Source: an uncultured Planctomycetales bacterium
GTDB taxonomy: Bacteria; Omnitrophota; Gorgyraeia; Zapsychrales; JAHFFX01
Direction: 5' to 3'
DNA length: 64,000 nucleotides
Assembly (NCBI GenBank): GCA_964620805.1
Contig: CAZUJQ010000001.1
Location: 7,618 to 71,617 of the forward strand
A model generated the notes under the pieces. That model saw only the letters and a program-made list of their open reading frames with translations. It had not been told where the DNA came from and did no database searches. Within the stretch, counting starts at the first letter, position 1. Each line of letters opens with the position of its first letter. The position numbers and the translations under genes are program-made. This document shows, piece by piece, positions 1-10,921 of the stretch.

Positions 1-883
1 TCGTGGAATGACCCTGGCGATCTCCAAGGCCAAGGAAGAAGGCTCCAAGGCGGTTGCGTGCGCTTCGACCGGCAATACCTCGGCCTCCGCGGCCGCGTAT
101 GCGGCGCAGGCGGGCTTAAAGTGCATTGTTCTTATTCCCGAAGGCCGCATTGCCCAGGGAAAGCTCGCCCAGGCCATGATTCACCAGGCGCTGGTCATTG
201 CCGTCCAGGGAAATTTTGATGAGGCCCTGGACCTCGTCAGAGAAATCACGGCCCGATATCCGGTCACGCTGGTCAACTCCTTGAATCCTTTTCGGATTGA
301 AGGCCAGAAGACCGCGGCCTTTGAGATCTGCGATGCCTTAGGAAAGGCGCCGGAGTTTCATGCCATTCCGGTCGGCAATGCCGGGAACATCACCGCGTAC
401 TGGAAAGGATATCAAGAATATAAAAAAGCCGGAAAATCCCAGGTGTTGCCGCGCATGCTTGGTTTCCAAGCCGCGGGCGCCGCGCCCATTGTTGAGAAAA
501 AGATCATTCCTCATCCGGAAACGATCGCCACCGCGATCCGGATCGGAAACCCCGCCAGTTGGAAATCAGCCGAGGCCGCCCGTGATGAGTCGAAGGGCCT
601 CATTGAGGCGGTGACGGATGAAGAGATTTTGTCAGCGTACAAATTATTGGCCGCTAAAGACGGGATTTTTGTGGAAGCGGCTTCCGCGGCCTCGGTGGCC
701 GGCATCTTGAAGCTGCATCGTAAGGGATATTTTAAAAACAAAACAGGGCGGATCGTCTGCACGTTGACGGGTCACGGATTAAAAGACCCGGATTTGGCGA
801 CTAAAAACATCGGCCATCCGGTTTCTGTGAAGGCGGAGATGGACGCCATATTGAAGCATATTGAGAAATGGACAAAGAGATAA
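1..883 (+). CDS. thrC: Threonine synthase (5'-truncated by window edge)
   Basis: [48 protein letters not shown] motifs of fold-type II PLP threonine synthase; frame open to window start. Confidence 0.95.
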   Translation, partial: RGMTLAISKAKEEGSKAVACASTGNTSASAAAYAAQAGLKCIVLIPEGRIAQGKLAQAMIHQALVIAVQGNFDEALDLVREITARYPVTLVNSLNPFRIEGQKTAAFEICDALGKAPEFHAIPVGNAGNITAYWKGYQEYKKAGKSQVLPRMLGFQAAGAAPIVEKKIIPHPETIATAIRIGNPASWKSAEAARDESKGLIEAVTDEEILSAYKLLAAKDGIFVEAASAASVAGILKLHRKGYFKNKTGRIVCTLTGHGLKDPDLATKNIGHPVSVKAEMDAILKHIEKWTKR

Positions 884-1704
884 CTACGACTAAAATCGCG
901 ATTTTTAGGAAAAGCGAAATCCGAAAGACTATTCATAAGGATGAATGGTGGTTTGTAATTAATGATGTTGTTTTAGCGCTTACCGATTCACCCAATGTTC
1001 CGGACTATATAAAAAAGATGCGTAAGCGTGACCATGAGCTTAGCAAAGGGTGGGGACAAATTGTCACCCCCCTTTCCGTGCGGACATCAGGAGGAGAGCA
1101 AAAGCTTAATTGTGCCAATACAGAAGGCATATTTCGTATTATCCAGTCTATCCCATCCCCGAAAGCCGAGCCGTTTAAGCGGTGGCTGGCTCGGGTTGGC
1201 TATGAGCGGATTCAGGAAATTGAAAATCCCGAGCTTGCTACAAAGAGAACAAGGGCTTTATATAAGGCAAAAGGCTATAGCAACGACTGGATTGAGAAGC
1301 GGATGCGTGGCATTGCTATCCGTGAGGAATTGACCGACCAGTGGCAAAAGCGCGGCGTAAAGGAGCAAAAGGAATATGAAATATTGACCGCTGAAATATC
1401 AAAGGCAACATTCGGAATGACCCCGTCCGCTTATAAGAAACATAAGGGGCTAAAACGGGAAAATTTAAGGGATCACATGACCGATTTGGAGCTTATCTTC
1501 TCAATGCTTGGCGAGGCATCGACAAAAGAGATTGCCATGAATAAAGATGCTCAAGGGTTTATGGAGAACAAACAGGCCGCCTTCGAAGGTGGTACTGTTT
1601 CAGGTCATGCGAGAAAAGAGCTTGAGCGCAAAAGCGGCAGGAAAGTGATTAGCAAAGAAAATTATCTAAAATTGCCACAAGATAAAAAGTTATTGAAGTC
1701 GTAA
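868..1704 (+). CDS. Bro-N domain (phage antirepressor-like) protein
   Basis: [57 protein letters not shown] typical of this family; start overlaps thrC end. Confidence 0.85.
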   Translation: MDKEITTTKIAIFRKSEIRKTIHKDEWWFVINDVVLALTDSPNVPDYIKKMRKRDHELSKGWGQIVTPLSVRTSGGEQKLNCANTEGIFRIIQSIPSPKAEPFKRWLARVGYERIQEIENPELATKRTRALYKAKGYSNDWIEKRMRGIAIREELTDQWQKRGVKEQKEYEILTAEISKATFGMTPSAYKKHKGLKRENLRDHMTDLELIFSMLGEASTKEIAMNKDAQGFMENKQAAFEGGTVSGHARKELERKSGRKVISKENYLKLPQDKKLLKS

Positions 1705-1728
1705 TCCGTTTTCCGGCTTTCGAGTTAT

Positions 1729-2373
1729 ATGACTAACCCATTGCGGAACAAAAAAGTGCTCATCACTTGCGGACCCACGTGGGTCCCAATCGATTCGGTG
1801 CGGGTAATCACGAACCGTTCGAGCGGCCGCTTGGGGCACATCCTTGCCCAGGATCTTAAAAAAGAATGGGCCCGGATCACGGTTTTAGAAGGGCCGGTCA
1901 CGGATGTGTGGTATCCTGATTCCATCCAGGTGATTAAATTTCATTATTATTCTGAATTGGCCGGCTTGCTTTATGGGGAATTAAAAAAGGATTATGATAT
2001 TATCTTGCATTTGGCCGCGGTCTCGGACTATCAGCCGAAGAAGCCCCAAGCCTCCAAGATCAGTTCGGATTTAAAGCGTCTAAAGCTTCAGTTGGTCCCC
2101 ACGGAAAAGCTGATTGACAAGATTAAGCCGTTAAGCCCCCAAGTGATCCTTGTAGGATTTAAAATGGAAGAGAAGCTTAAATCCCGGGCATGGAAGGCCA
2201 GGGTGTCGCGGCTCTTTCAGAAGGCCCAATGTGACTTAGTGGTTTTGAACTCTCTTAAAGAAAACCGGTATCGAGGGTGTATCATCGATCCAACAAATCG
2301 GGTTTTGGCCCAAGGAGAAAACCGCCAAGAGATTGCGAAGAAATTGGTGGATATCTTAAAAAAGAAAATATGA
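1729..2373 (+). CDS. Phosphopantothenoylcysteine synthetase domain (CoaB-like, stand-alone DFP C-terminal half)
   Basis: VLITCGPTWVPIDSVRVITNRSSGRLG, HLAAVSDY, VGFKME motifs; no CoaC flavoprotein half. Confidence 0.8.
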   Translation: MTNPLRNKKVLITCGPTWVPIDSVRVITNRSSGRLGHILAQDLKKEWARITVLEGPVTDVWYPDSIQVIKFHYYSELAGLLYGELKKDYDIILHLAAVSDYQPKKPQASKISSDLKRLKLQLVPTEKLIDKIKPLSPQVILVGFKMEEKLKSRAWKARVSRLFQKAQCDLVVLNSLKENRYRGCIIDPTNRVLAQGENRQEIAKKLVDILKKKI

Positions 2374-3569
2374 AATACATCGTCTTGGTTCCTGATGGCA
2401 TGGCGGATTATCCGGTGGAAATCCTGGGGCATAAAACCCCCCTGGAGGTAGCCCGAACGCCCCATATGGACTATCTGGCGCAGAATGGCTTTTTAGGTTT
2501 GGTGAAGACCATTCCCGATCAAATGTCACCGGGCTCGGACGTGGCGAACCTCGCTCTCTTGGGCTATGACCCTCAAAGGTATTTTTTCGGACGGGCCCCT
2601 TTGGAGGCCGCCAACCTCGATATCACGTTACAAGAGGATGAGGTGGCCTTCCGCTGCAACCTGGTAACGGTCGAAAGCGACCAGATGGCGGATTACAGCG
2701 CTGGTCACATCTCCACCCAAGAGGCCTCTTTATTGATTCAGGCTTTAAATGATCAATTCCAATTGCCGCATATTAAATTTTATGCCGGGAAAAGTTACCG
2801 GCATCTTATGGTGATGAAATCTCCCAGGACCAAGGAGCTCCTGGAAATAAGATGCGTGGCCCCGCACGATATTGCCGGACAAAATCTTGGCCCCCATTGG
2901 CCGCAGGGCCCTGGGGCAGAGGAATTGAAAACCCTGATGGAAAAATCCCAGGACATCCTGGCGGCGCATCCCGTCAATGGCGTGCGTATTGACTTAAAAG
3001 AAAATCCAGCTAATATGATTTGGTTATGGGGTCAGGGAAAACGGCCAGAATTGCCGCCTTTTAAGGAAAAATTTAATCTTAATGGCGCGATCATCTCGGC
3101 GGTGGACCTCATCAATGGCATTGGGAGGTTGATTGGGCTTAAGGTCGTAAAAGTCCCGGGTGTCACCGGTTACTATGACACGAATTATTTGGGGAAAGCC
3201 CAATACGCCTTAAAGGCCTTAAGAAGACGAGATTTTGTTTTCATTCACGTTGAGGCGACCGATGAGGCCGGACATAATGGCGATATCAAGATGAAGATGG
3301 CCTGCATTGAGCGGATTGACAAAGAGATCGTTGGCACTCTTTTAGACTATTATAAAAAGAAAAGCCATGTGCGGATTCTGGTGTTGCCAGATCACGCGAC
3401 ACCGGTGGAGAAGCGCTGTCATGTGAGTGATCCGGTGGGTTTTGTCATGTTCGGCCAAGGGATCTCTTCGAACGGCGCGTTCGAATACAATGAGCGCGTC
3501 GCCAGAGAGAAGGGGTTGAAGTTTCAAAGCGGCGAGGAGCTTTTGAGGTATTTTTTAAAACAGGAGTAG
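2370..3569 (+). CDS. Cofactor-independent phosphoglycerate mutase-like protein (putative alternative homoserine kinase)
   Basis: DGMAD, TPLEVARTP, PGSDVAN, HVEATDEAGH, PDHATP motifs; ATG 2370 coupled (ATGA) to upstream stop; lies in thr/ask operon. Confidence 0.85.
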   Translation: MKYIVLVPDGMADYPVEILGHKTPLEVARTPHMDYLAQNGFLGLVKTIPDQMSPGSDVANLALLGYDPQRYFFGRAPLEAANLDITLQEDEVAFRCNLVTVESDQMADYSAGHISTQEASLLIQALNDQFQLPHIKFYAGKSYRHLMVMKSPRTKELLEIRCVAPHDIAGQNLGPHWPQGPGAEELKTLMEKSQDILAAHPVNGVRIDLKENPANMIWLWGQGKRPELPPFKEKFNLNGAIISAVDLINGIGRLIGLKVVKVPGVTGYYDTNYLGKAQYALKALRRRDFVFIHVEATDEAGHNGDIKMKMACIERIDKEIVGTLLDYYKKKSHVRILVLPDHATPVEKRCHVSDPVGFVMFGQGISSNGAFEYNERVAREKGLKFQSGEELLRYFLKQE

Positions 3570-3574
3570 CCTTT

Positions 3575-3713
3575 CAATGACCAATGACCAAATTCCAATC
3601 ACCAAACAAATTCCAATATCCAAATCCAAAGTAACCTTTGCTTCGAAGTGTTTGGAATTTTGGAATTGGAAATTGGGTATTGTTTGGTCATTGTATCTTG
3701 GTTATTGGTCATT
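3575..3713. repeat. Inverted array of degenerate heptamers (CCAATGA/CCAAATT ... TTGGAAT/TTGGTCA)
   Basis: Left arm caatgaccaatgaccaaattccaatcaccaaacaaattcc mirrored by tttggaattttggaattggaaattgggtattgtttggtcatt; siblings at 27627 and 44579. Confidence 0.85.
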
Positions 3714-3763
3714 TCTGCATGGAATCATTTTATTTGAGTTGAAGGGGGCATAAAGATCTCTTC

Positions 3764-4987
3764 ATGAAACAGATCATCGTTCAAAAATACGGCGGTTCTT
3801 CGGTGGCCAACATCGAACGGATCAAGGAGGTCGCCAAACGGATTGTCTCCTATAAAAATCACCGTCAGGATGTCCTGGTCGTGGTCTCGGCCATGGCAGA
3901 CACAACCGATGAGTTGGAAGATCTCGCTTTTCGGATCACGGACGATCCGCCGGAGCGAGAGATGGATATGCTCATGTCGACCGGAGAGCAGATCTCCTGC
4001 GCGCTTTTGGCCATGGCGGTCAAAGAGCAAGGATACGATGCCATCTCTTTGACGGGCGGGCAAGTGGGGATTCGAACAGACCGCTCTTATACCAATGCCC
4101 GGATTGTCAAAATCGATGCCCGGCGGATCCGCAAGGCCCTTTCGCAAAGCAAAATTGTGATTGTTACGGGCTTTCAAGGCGTCACCCACGATGATGATAT
4201 CACCACGCTGGGCCGCGGAGGCTCGGATCTGACCGCTGTCGCCTTGGCTAAAACCCTGGGTGCCAAGGTCTGCGAGATTTATACGGACGTGGCCGGCATT
4301 TACACGGCGGATCCTCGGATCATAAAAGAAGCCAGGAAAATTTCGATCATTACCTTTGATGAGATGCTGGAGATGGCTTCTCTCGGAGCCCAGGTGATGC
4401 AGGCGCGCTCCATCGAGGTCGCCAAGAGATTCAATATCCCGATCCACGTGAGGTCCAGTTATTCCAAGGAGGAAGGAACCATGATTGTCAAGGATGATGA
4501 AAAGATGGAAAGCGTGGTGGTGCGCGGCATCACCTGCAATAAAGCGGAGGCGAAGATCACCGTCTGCAATGTCCCGGACCGCCCGGGGGTGGCCGCGCGG
4601 CTTTTTACCGAGATCTCCAAGGCAGGGATCAGCGTGGACACCATCGTCCAAAATGTCAGCCACACCCGTTATACAGACATTTCCTTTACCGTTCCCAAAT
4701 CGGTGTTAAACAAGGCCCTCAAGGCGGCTCAGGATGTCGCCAGGAAAATCGGAGCCGGAGAGGTCCTCCATGATAAAAATATCGCGCGGGTTTCCATCAT
4801 CGGATCTGGTATGCGTTCTTATCCGGGGGTCGCTGCCAAGATGTTCCAGACTTTGGCCGAAAATAAAATCAACATAGGGATGATTTCCACATCCGAGATC
4901 AGCATCTCCTGCATTATTGATCAGAAGCTGTCAGACAAGGCTGTCCAGAGTCTGCACAAAAAATTTGGTTTGGAAAGGATGAATTAA
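3764..4987 (+). CDS. lysC: Aspartate kinase
   Basis: QKYGGSSV, VVVSAM, TTLGRGGSD, two C-terminal ACT domains. Confidence 0.95.
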   Translation: MKQIIVQKYGGSSVANIERIKEVAKRIVSYKNHRQDVLVVVSAMADTTDELEDLAFRITDDPPEREMDMLMSTGEQISCALLAMAVKEQGYDAISLTGGQVGIRTDRSYTNARIVKIDARRIRKALSQSKIVIVTGFQGVTHDDDITTLGRGGSDLTAVALAKTLGAKVCEIYTDVAGIYTADPRIIKEARKISIITFDEMLEMASLGAQVMQARSIEVAKRFNIPIHVRSSYSKEEGTMIVKDDEKMESVVVRGITCNKAEAKITVCNVPDRPGVAARLFTEISKAGISVDTIVQNVSHTRYTDISFTVPKSVLNKALKAAQDVARKIGAGEVLHDKNIARVSIIGSGMRSYPGVAAKMFQTLAENKINIGMISTSEISISCIIDQKLSDKAVQSLHKKFGLERMN

Positions 4988-4989
4988 AG

Positions 4990-6555
4990 GTGCCACAGAT
5001 TTTTATTTATGATACGACGTTGCGGGATGGGTCCCAGACCGAAGGGATCTCTTTTTCGGTCAGCGATAAAATGAAAATTACCGATAAGCTCGATGATCTC
5101 GGGCTTCACTACATCGAGGGCGGCTGGCCGGGATCCAATCCCAAGGACAAGGAATTCTTTGAAGAGATGCAGCGTAAACCTCTTAAGAATTCGGTTTTGG
5201 TCGCATTTGGTTCTACCCATCGGGCAGGCCTCAAGGCCTCCGAAGATCGGAATCTTAAGGAGTTGGTGGCCTCCCAAACCAAGACGATCACAATCTTTGG
5301 CAAAAGCTGGGATCTGCAGGTGACGGATGTCCTCAAGACCACCCTGGAGAAAAATCTCAAAATGATTTCGGATTCGGTGAGCTTCTTAAAGAAAGAGGAA
5401 AGAGAGGTCTTTTATGATGCAGAGCATTTTTTCGACGGCTTTAAGCGCAATCCAGAATATGCCCTGAAAACCATTATGGCCGCGGCGGAATCCGGCGCGG
5501 ATTGTCTTGTCTTATGCGATACCAACGGCGGCACGCTTCCTGAGGAAATCAGCCAGATCGTCCGCCAGGTTCGCCAGAAGCTCTCCTGTCCCCTGGGCAT
5601 CCATACCCACAACGACCTGGATTTGGCCGTGGCCAATAGTCTGGCCGCGGTTGAGGCGGGATGCACTCAGGTGCAGGGAACCTTTAACGGTTTGGGAGAG
5701 CGCTGCGGCAATGCGGATTTATGCACCCTCATGGGGATCCTTTCAACCAAAAAGAAATATAAGACCATTCCCGAAAACCGGCTTCGTCACTTAACCGAGG
5801 CCTCGTATTACCTAAGCGAGATCAGCAATTTTAAATTGCCGGATAATCATCCCTTTGTCGGGCATTCCGCGTTTGCCCATAAGGGAGGGGTGCATATCGA
5901 CGCCGTCTTGAAAAATTCGATGGCCTACGAGCATGTCGATCCCTCTTTAGTAGGCAATCATCGCCGCTTTTTGACCTCGGAGCTGGCCGGAAAGATGCCC
6001 TTTGTCCTTAAGGCCAAGGAAATGAATTTGGATCTGGATAAGAAGTCGCCGCAGACGCACAAGCTCCTCAAGGCCCTGCAAGCCAAAGAGCACGAAGGTT
6101 ATCAGTTCGAGGCCGCGGATGCCTCCTTCGAATTATTCATGAAACGGGCGCTGAAGAAATATAAACCATTTTTTAAATTGGAAGGCTTCAAAGTCACGAC
6201 CGAAAAACGCCACGATGGCCGCGTCTTTGCCGAGGCCTCGGTCCGTCTCCTCATCAACGGCCGCGAAGAGTTCAGCGCCTCCGATGGCCACGGTCCGGTG
6301 GATGCGCTGGATCGTGCTTTACGAAAGGCATTGACCCAATTTTATCCCCATTTAAAGGAGATGCGTCTTTCCGACTACAAAGTCCGCGTGTTGGATACAA
6401 AAACCGGAACAGCCGCACGGGTACGGGTTTTGATCGAATCCCAGGATGATACCGATTCCTGGACTACGATCGGCGTCCATGAAAACATCATCGATGCCAG
6501 TTACGAGGCCCTTGTGGACAGTATTGAGTACAAGTTGCTGAAGGAGAATCGTTGA
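4990..6555 (+). CDS. cimA: Citramalate synthase
   Basis: DTTLRDGSQTEG, IEGGWPGSNPKD, FYDAEHFFDG, HTHND, AFAHKGGVH. Confidence 0.9.
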   Translation: MPQIFIYDTTLRDGSQTEGISFSVSDKMKITDKLDDLGLHYIEGGWPGSNPKDKEFFEEMQRKPLKNSVLVAFGSTHRAGLKASEDRNLKELVASQTKTITIFGKSWDLQVTDVLKTTLEKNLKMISDSVSFLKKEEREVFYDAEHFFDGFKRNPEYALKTIMAAAESGADCLVLCDTNGGTLPEEISQIVRQVRQKLSCPLGIHTHNDLDLAVANSLAAVEAGCTQVQGTFNGLGERCGNADLCTLMGILSTKKKYKTIPENRLRHLTEASYYLSEISNFKLPDNHPFVGHSAFAHKGGVHIDAVLKNSMAYEHVDPSLVGNHRRFLTSELAGKMPFVLKAKEMNLDLDKKSPQTHKLLKALQAKEHEGYQFEAADASFELFMKRALKKYKPFFKLEGFKVTTEKRHDGRVFAEASVRLLINGREEFSASDGHGPVDALDRALRKALTQFYPHLKEMRLSDYKVRVLDTKTGTAARVRVLIESQDDTDSWTTIGVHENIIDASYEALVDSIEYKLLKENR

Positions 6556-6750
6556 AATCCTAAATCCCAATCTCCTAAAATCCCAATGCCGTGTGCGACT
6601 CTTTCTGTGTCATTGCGAGGAGCGACTGAAAAGAGCGACGAAGCAATCCTATTTTTAGTATAAGAGATTGCTTCGCTTCACTTCGTTTCGCTCGCAATGA
6701 CAGCAAAATCGCACATCGCGTTAGGATTTAGGGTTAGGATTTGGGATTTA
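6556..6750. repeat. Triple-nested inverted repeat: heptamer arms > TGTGCGA wrapper > GTCATTGCGAG core
   Basis: aaatcctaaatcccaatctcctaaaatccc ... taggatttagggttaggatttgggattt; aatgccgtgtgcga (6585) / tcgcacatcgcgtt (6709-6722); core 6608-6702. Confidence 0.85.
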
Positions 6751-6763
6751 TCTTTTGAATCCC

Positions 6764-9421
6764 ATGATCCAACTCCCTCCCCGCTACAATCCCCAGGAAA
6801 CCGAGGACAAATGGTGCCAATTTTGGGAAGAGTCTCGGGCCTTTCACGCCGAAGCTAACCCCAACAAAAAACCCTACATCATCGTGATCCCCCCGCCCAA
6901 TGTCACCGGAGTCCTCCACATGGGCCATGCCTTGAACAATACTTTGCAGGACATTATGATCCGCTACCAAAGGATGAAAGGCTTGGAAACCTTGTGGCTT
7001 CCCGGCACGGACCACGCTGGGATCGCCACCCAGAATGTGGTGGAGAAAGAGCTGGCCAAAGAAGGCAAAACCCGTCAGGAAATCGGCCGGGAGGAATTCT
7101 TAAAGCGGCTCTGGGAATGGAAAAATCAGTATGGGGATACGATTATCCACCAGCTTAAGAAATTGGGCGCCTCCTGCGACTGGGAGCGCTCGAGGTTCAC
7201 CATGGATGAGCATTATAGTGAAGTCGTTAAAGAGGTCTTTATCCGGCTTTATCAGAAAGGATTGATTTACCGCGGAGAGTACATCATCAACTGGTGCCTG
7301 CGCTGCCGCACGGCTTTATCGGATGAAGAAGCCGAGCACCAGGAAATCCAAGGCGCTTTGTATCACATCCGTTATCCTTTGAAAGAGGATCCTAAAAGTT
7401 ATGTGGTTGTCGCCACGACCCGGCCGGAGACCATGCTCGGTGACACCGCGGTGGCGGTTCATCCCCAAGACAGACGTTATAAAAAATTTCTAGGAAAAAC
7501 ATTAATCCTTCCTTTGATCCATCGCGAGATCAAGATCATATCCGATTCCTTTGTCGATTCCCATTTTGGTTCTGGCGCTGTCAAGGTGACGCCGGCCCAT
7601 GATCCCAATGATTTTGAGATGGCCAAAAGGCACGGCCTGGAATTCATCAATATTATGCATCCGGATGGCCGGCTCAATGAGCGTGCCCAGGCCTTTGTCG
7701 GGTTGGATCGATTTGAGGCCCGTCGAAAGATTGTGGAGGCCCTCAAGGAACAGGGGCTGCTGGAGAAAATCGAGGACCACCGGCATTCCGTTGGCCATTG
7801 TTACCGCTGCGAAACCATCGTTGAGCCTTATTTGTCCAAACAGTGGTTTGTGAAGATGAAGCCCCTGGCCAAACCGGCCATCGATGTCGTGAAGAAAGGA
7901 AAGATTAAATTCTATCCTCCGCGCTGGAATAAGGTGTATTTAAACTGGATGGAGAACATCCGGGACTGGTGCATCTCCCGGCAGATTTGGTGGGGCCATC
8001 GGATTCCGGTGTGGTACTGTGTCGGAAATGGCTCCTGTCAACTCAAATGCCGCGAACCCATTGTCTCCTTAAACCCCCCACCGCATTGTCCCCATTGCGG
8101 TTCCACCAACATCACCCAAGACGAAGATGTCCTTGACACGTGGTTCTCCTCTTGGCTGTGGCCTTTTGCCATCCTGTATTGGCCTAACAACAAAAGAGAC
8201 CTAGAGTATTTTTATCCCACCTCATCTCTTTTTACGGCCCCCGAGATCATCTTCTTTTGGGTGGCGCGGATGATTATGGCGGGCTTGGAGTTCATGGGAG
8301 AGATCCCCTTCTCTGAGGTCTATATTCATGGCACGGTCCGGGACATGAGCGGACGGAAGATGTCGAAGTCCCTGGGCAATGCCATTGATCCTATTGATAT
8401 CATTAAAGAGTACGGAGCGGATGCCCTGCGCTTTAGTCTGATCCTCAACTCCAGCCAGGACCTTTTTATCTCGAAGGAGAAATTTGAGATTGGCCGTAAT
8501 TTTGCCAATAAGATCTGGAATGCCGGCCGTCTGGTTTTGATGAATGTCAAAGACGGACTAAATCTCGGGCAGCTTTCGTATGGCCATCTGGATCTTCAGA
8601 CTCGAGATCTGGATTTATATTCGCGGTGGATTCTCTCCAGGCTCCATACCACCCTTAAGAAAGTAGGGCTTGCCATTGAAAGATACCGGTTTTCAGAAGG
8701 GGAATCGTTGATTTATGAATTCTTCTGGCGCAATTACTGCGATTGGTATCTGGAAATCATCAAGGATCGGTTTTCCGAGCCCTTGACGCAAAAGGTCTCT
8801 TTATATGTCTTGGTCCAAAGCCTGCGGATGATTCATCCTTTTATGCCGTTTGTGACCGAAGAGATTTGGAATACAATGGCTCAAGGCAGGACGCCTTTGG
8901 CCAGACACAGCTGGCCCGCCTTCCAGAGACAATGGATCAACAAAAAAGCCGAACAGAAGATGCAGACGTTGATTGAGCTGATCAGTGCCATCCGCAACGT
9001 GCGCTCCCATTGCCATATCAATCCCCATGAGGCGATTGATATCGTCTTTGCCAACCCCGGGGATGATAGAGCCGGTTTTATCCAAAGCCATGAGGTCATC
9101 CTGAAACGGCTTGCTAGAATTCGTGACTTAAAAGTCGATCCGGCCTTGACCAAATTGAAAGAGAGTGTCGGCGGGATTGCGGGGAAAATCAGATTTTTTA
9201 TCCCGTTAAAGGGGATCATTGATATCCAAAAAGAGAAAGAACGGATCTCAAGACAGCTTAAAGAGCAGCAAACGTTATTAAAAAACCTCTCTTTTAGACT
9301 TAAAAATAAAAATTTTGTTCAAAAGGCTCCGCCAGAAATTGTGGAGAGGGAAAAGGATCGCCTAAAATCTTTGGAAATCAAGGTTCAAGAATTCCACGCC
9401 ATTCTTAAAGGACTTCAATAG
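6764..9421 (+). CDS. valS: Valine--tRNA ligase
   Basis: PPPNVTGVLHMGHAL, PGTDHAGIATQ, DWCISRQIWWGHRIP, KMSKS, C-terminal coiled coil. Confidence 0.97.
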   Translation: MIQLPPRYNPQETEDKWCQFWEESRAFHAEANPNKKPYIIVIPPPNVTGVLHMGHALNNTLQDIMIRYQRMKGLETLWLPGTDHAGIATQNVVEKELAKEGKTRQEIGREEFLKRLWEWKNQYGDTIIHQLKKLGASCDWERSRFTMDEHYSEVVKEVFIRLYQKGLIYRGEYIINWCLRCRTALSDEEAEHQEIQGALYHIRYPLKEDPKSYVVVATTRPETMLGDTAVAVHPQDRRYKKFLGKTLILPLIHREIKIISDSFVDSHFGSGAVKVTPAHDPNDFEMAKRHGLEFINIMHPDGRLNERAQAFVGLDRFEARRKIVEALKEQGLLEKIEDHRHSVGHCYRCETIVEPYLSKQWFVKMKPLAKPAIDVVKKGKIKFYPPRWNKVYLNWMENIRDWCISRQIWWGHRIPVWYCVGNGSCQLKCREPIVSLNPPPHCPHCGSTNITQDEDVLDTWFSSWLWPFAILYWPNNKRDLEYFYPTSSLFTAPEIIFFWVARMIMAGLEFMGEIPFSEVYIHGTVRDMSGRKMSKSLGNAIDPIDIIKEYGADALRFSLILNSSQDLFISKEKFEIGRNFANKIWNAGRLVLMNVKDGLNLGQLSYGHLDLQTRDLDLYSRWILSRLHTTLKKVGLAIERYRFSEGESLIYEFFWRNYCDWYLEIIKDRFSEPLTQKVSLYVLVQSLRMIHPFMPFVTEEIWNTMAQGRTPLARHSWPAFQRQWINKKAEQKMQTLIELISAIRNVRSHCHINPHEAIDIVFANPGDDRAGFIQSHEVILKRLARIRDLKVDPALTKLKESVGGIAGKIRFFIPLKGIIDIQKEKERISRQLKEQQTLLKNLSFRLKNKNFVQKAPPEIVEREKDRLKSLEIKVQEFHAILKGLQ

Positions 9422-9491
9422 CTTTTAAAGAAGAAGATTAAACCTAAGAAAAATTTGCTATAATAAGATCAAAAAGAAGGGAGGGTTAACA

Positions 9492-10454
9492 ATGTTTTCA
9501 CTACAGTTTAGGATGGGACTGTTATTGGCGGCGCTTTTTGGCATCATTTATGCCGTGGTGGTTGTGATCGGGACAACCATGGGAGTAGAGAATTTCTACT
9601 TCTATTTAGTCATCTCATTCGTTTTCATGGTCATCCAATACATGATCGGGCCAAAAATCGTGGAATGGACCATGGGCGTGCGCTACTTAAAAAGGGAGGA
9701 AGACCCTGGCTTATACCAGATGATCAGCGATTTGGCGCAAAGGGCCCACATCCCTATGCCCAAAATCGGAGTGGCTAATATTGCGGTGCCCAATGCCTTT
9801 GCCTTTGGCCACTCCTTAAGAGATGGCCGGGTCTGTGTCACTCAGGGGATTCTGCGGCTCTTGAGTCCCGAAGAATTAAAAGCGGTCTTGGGCCATGAGC
9901 TGACCCATATCAAAAATCGGGATGTCTTGACAATCACACTTTTGTCGGTCATTCCGATGATCATGTATCGGCTGGCCTGGCATTTCATGTTTTATGGCGG
10001 CAGGAGAGACAGCCGCAACAACACTACCGCTCTCGTGGGGCTAGCGGCTTTCCTTTTTTACTTCATTACGAATCTTTTGGTTTTGTATGCCTCACGGATT
10101 AGGGAATATTTTGCGGACCGCGGATCGATAGAGTTGGGAAGCCGTCCCTCGGATTTGGCCTCGGCTTTGTATAAACTCGTCTATGGTTCGGCCCGGACGC
10201 CCAAAGCGGCCTTGAGAGAAGTGGAGGGCTTAAAGGCCTTTTTCGTGAATGATCCTTCCCGGGCCTTGATGGAGATCAGGGAATTGAGCCAACTAGATTT
10301 GGATCGAAGCGGCACCATCGATCCAACCGAAATCGCCCGAATGAGGACGCAGAATATTCATCTGGGTTTTAGCGACCGGCTGATGGAAGCCTTAAGCACG
10401 CACCCGAATATGCTAAAGCGCATTAAACATCTCTCCGAGTTGGAAGGCTCATGA
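9492..10454 (+). CDS. htpX: M48 zinc metalloprotease HtpX
   Basis: PNAFAFG, HELTH zinc motif, SRIREYFAD, STHP; RBS AGGAGG; TGcTATAAT upstream. Confidence 0.9.
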   Translation: MFSLQFRMGLLLAALFGIIYAVVVVIGTTMGVENFYFYLVISFVFMVIQYMIGPKIVEWTMGVRYLKREEDPGLYQMISDLAQRAHIPMPKIGVANIAVPNAFAFGHSLRDGRVCVTQGILRLLSPEELKAVLGHELTHIKNRDVLTITLLSVIPMIMYRLAWHFMFYGGRRDSRNNTTALVGLAAFLFYFITNLLVLYASRIREYFADRGSIELGSRPSDLASALYKLVYGSARTPKAALREVEGLKAFFVNDPSRALMEIRELSQLDLDRSGTIDPTEIARMRTQNIHLGFSDRLMEALSTHPNMLKRIKHLSELEGS

Positions 10455-10918
10455 GCGTCGTCACCCAGGAATTCTCCCTGACCAGAAATCAGTATTTTTC
10501 CCTCCTCATGCAGAATGTGCTGCGGCGGTGGTGGATCGTTTTTGTTCTCTTATTTTTATTCAGCGCTTTGGGCATTAAAGCGGGGGTGGGATCGGCGCTG
10601 CTTCTTTTTGTTTTCTTGAGTACCCTTTATCTTCTTTATCTGATCGGTCTCACCTGGATCCGATCCAATCCCAAAGCCCAGCCTTTGGTCTTTCAGCCCT
10701 GCCATTACGAGATCGATCACGAATTCATTGGAGTCTATCTTAAAGATGGGAGTTTCAGCAAGGTCAGGTTCAGTTGCATTAGAAAAATCGTCATCAGAAA
10801 GACGTATTACCTTTTATACACGTCACCCTCTCAGTTTTTCTATATCCCTTTTAACGCTGTGAGTAATCCCAGCGACTTGGAACGCCTGAAGGTGTTGCTC
10901 CAGGTCAAAGTGGGGTGA
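10451..10918 (+). CDS. YcxB-like membrane protein
   Basis: Two TM helices then YLLY...FFYIPFNA C-terminal domain. Confidence 0.6.
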   Translation: MSVVTQEFSLTRNQYFSLLMQNVLRRWWIVFVLLFLFSALGIKAGVGSALLLFVFLSTLYLLYLIGLTWIRSNPKAQPLVFQPCHYEIDHEFIGVYLKDGSFSKVRFSCIRKIVIRKTYYLLYTSPSQFFYIPFNAVSNPSDLERLKVLLQVKVG

Positions 10919-10921
10919 CCC

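Noticed and set aside
868-1704. Prophage marked by the Bro-N gene
   Set aside because: No integrase, structural or replication genes; flanked directly by housekeeping genes.
3575-3713. CRISPR array, lysine riboswitch or leader upstream of lysC
   Set aside because: Units are degenerate 7-mers in mirror arrangement without unique spacers, and the same family occurs before unrelated genes.
3725-4663. 312-aa minus-strand ORF
   Set aside because: Antisense shadow of lysC with no motifs.
6556-6750. T-box leader for valS
   Set aside because: No T-box consensus (AAGGTGGxACCxCG-like); fully explained by nested repeats seen elsewhere.
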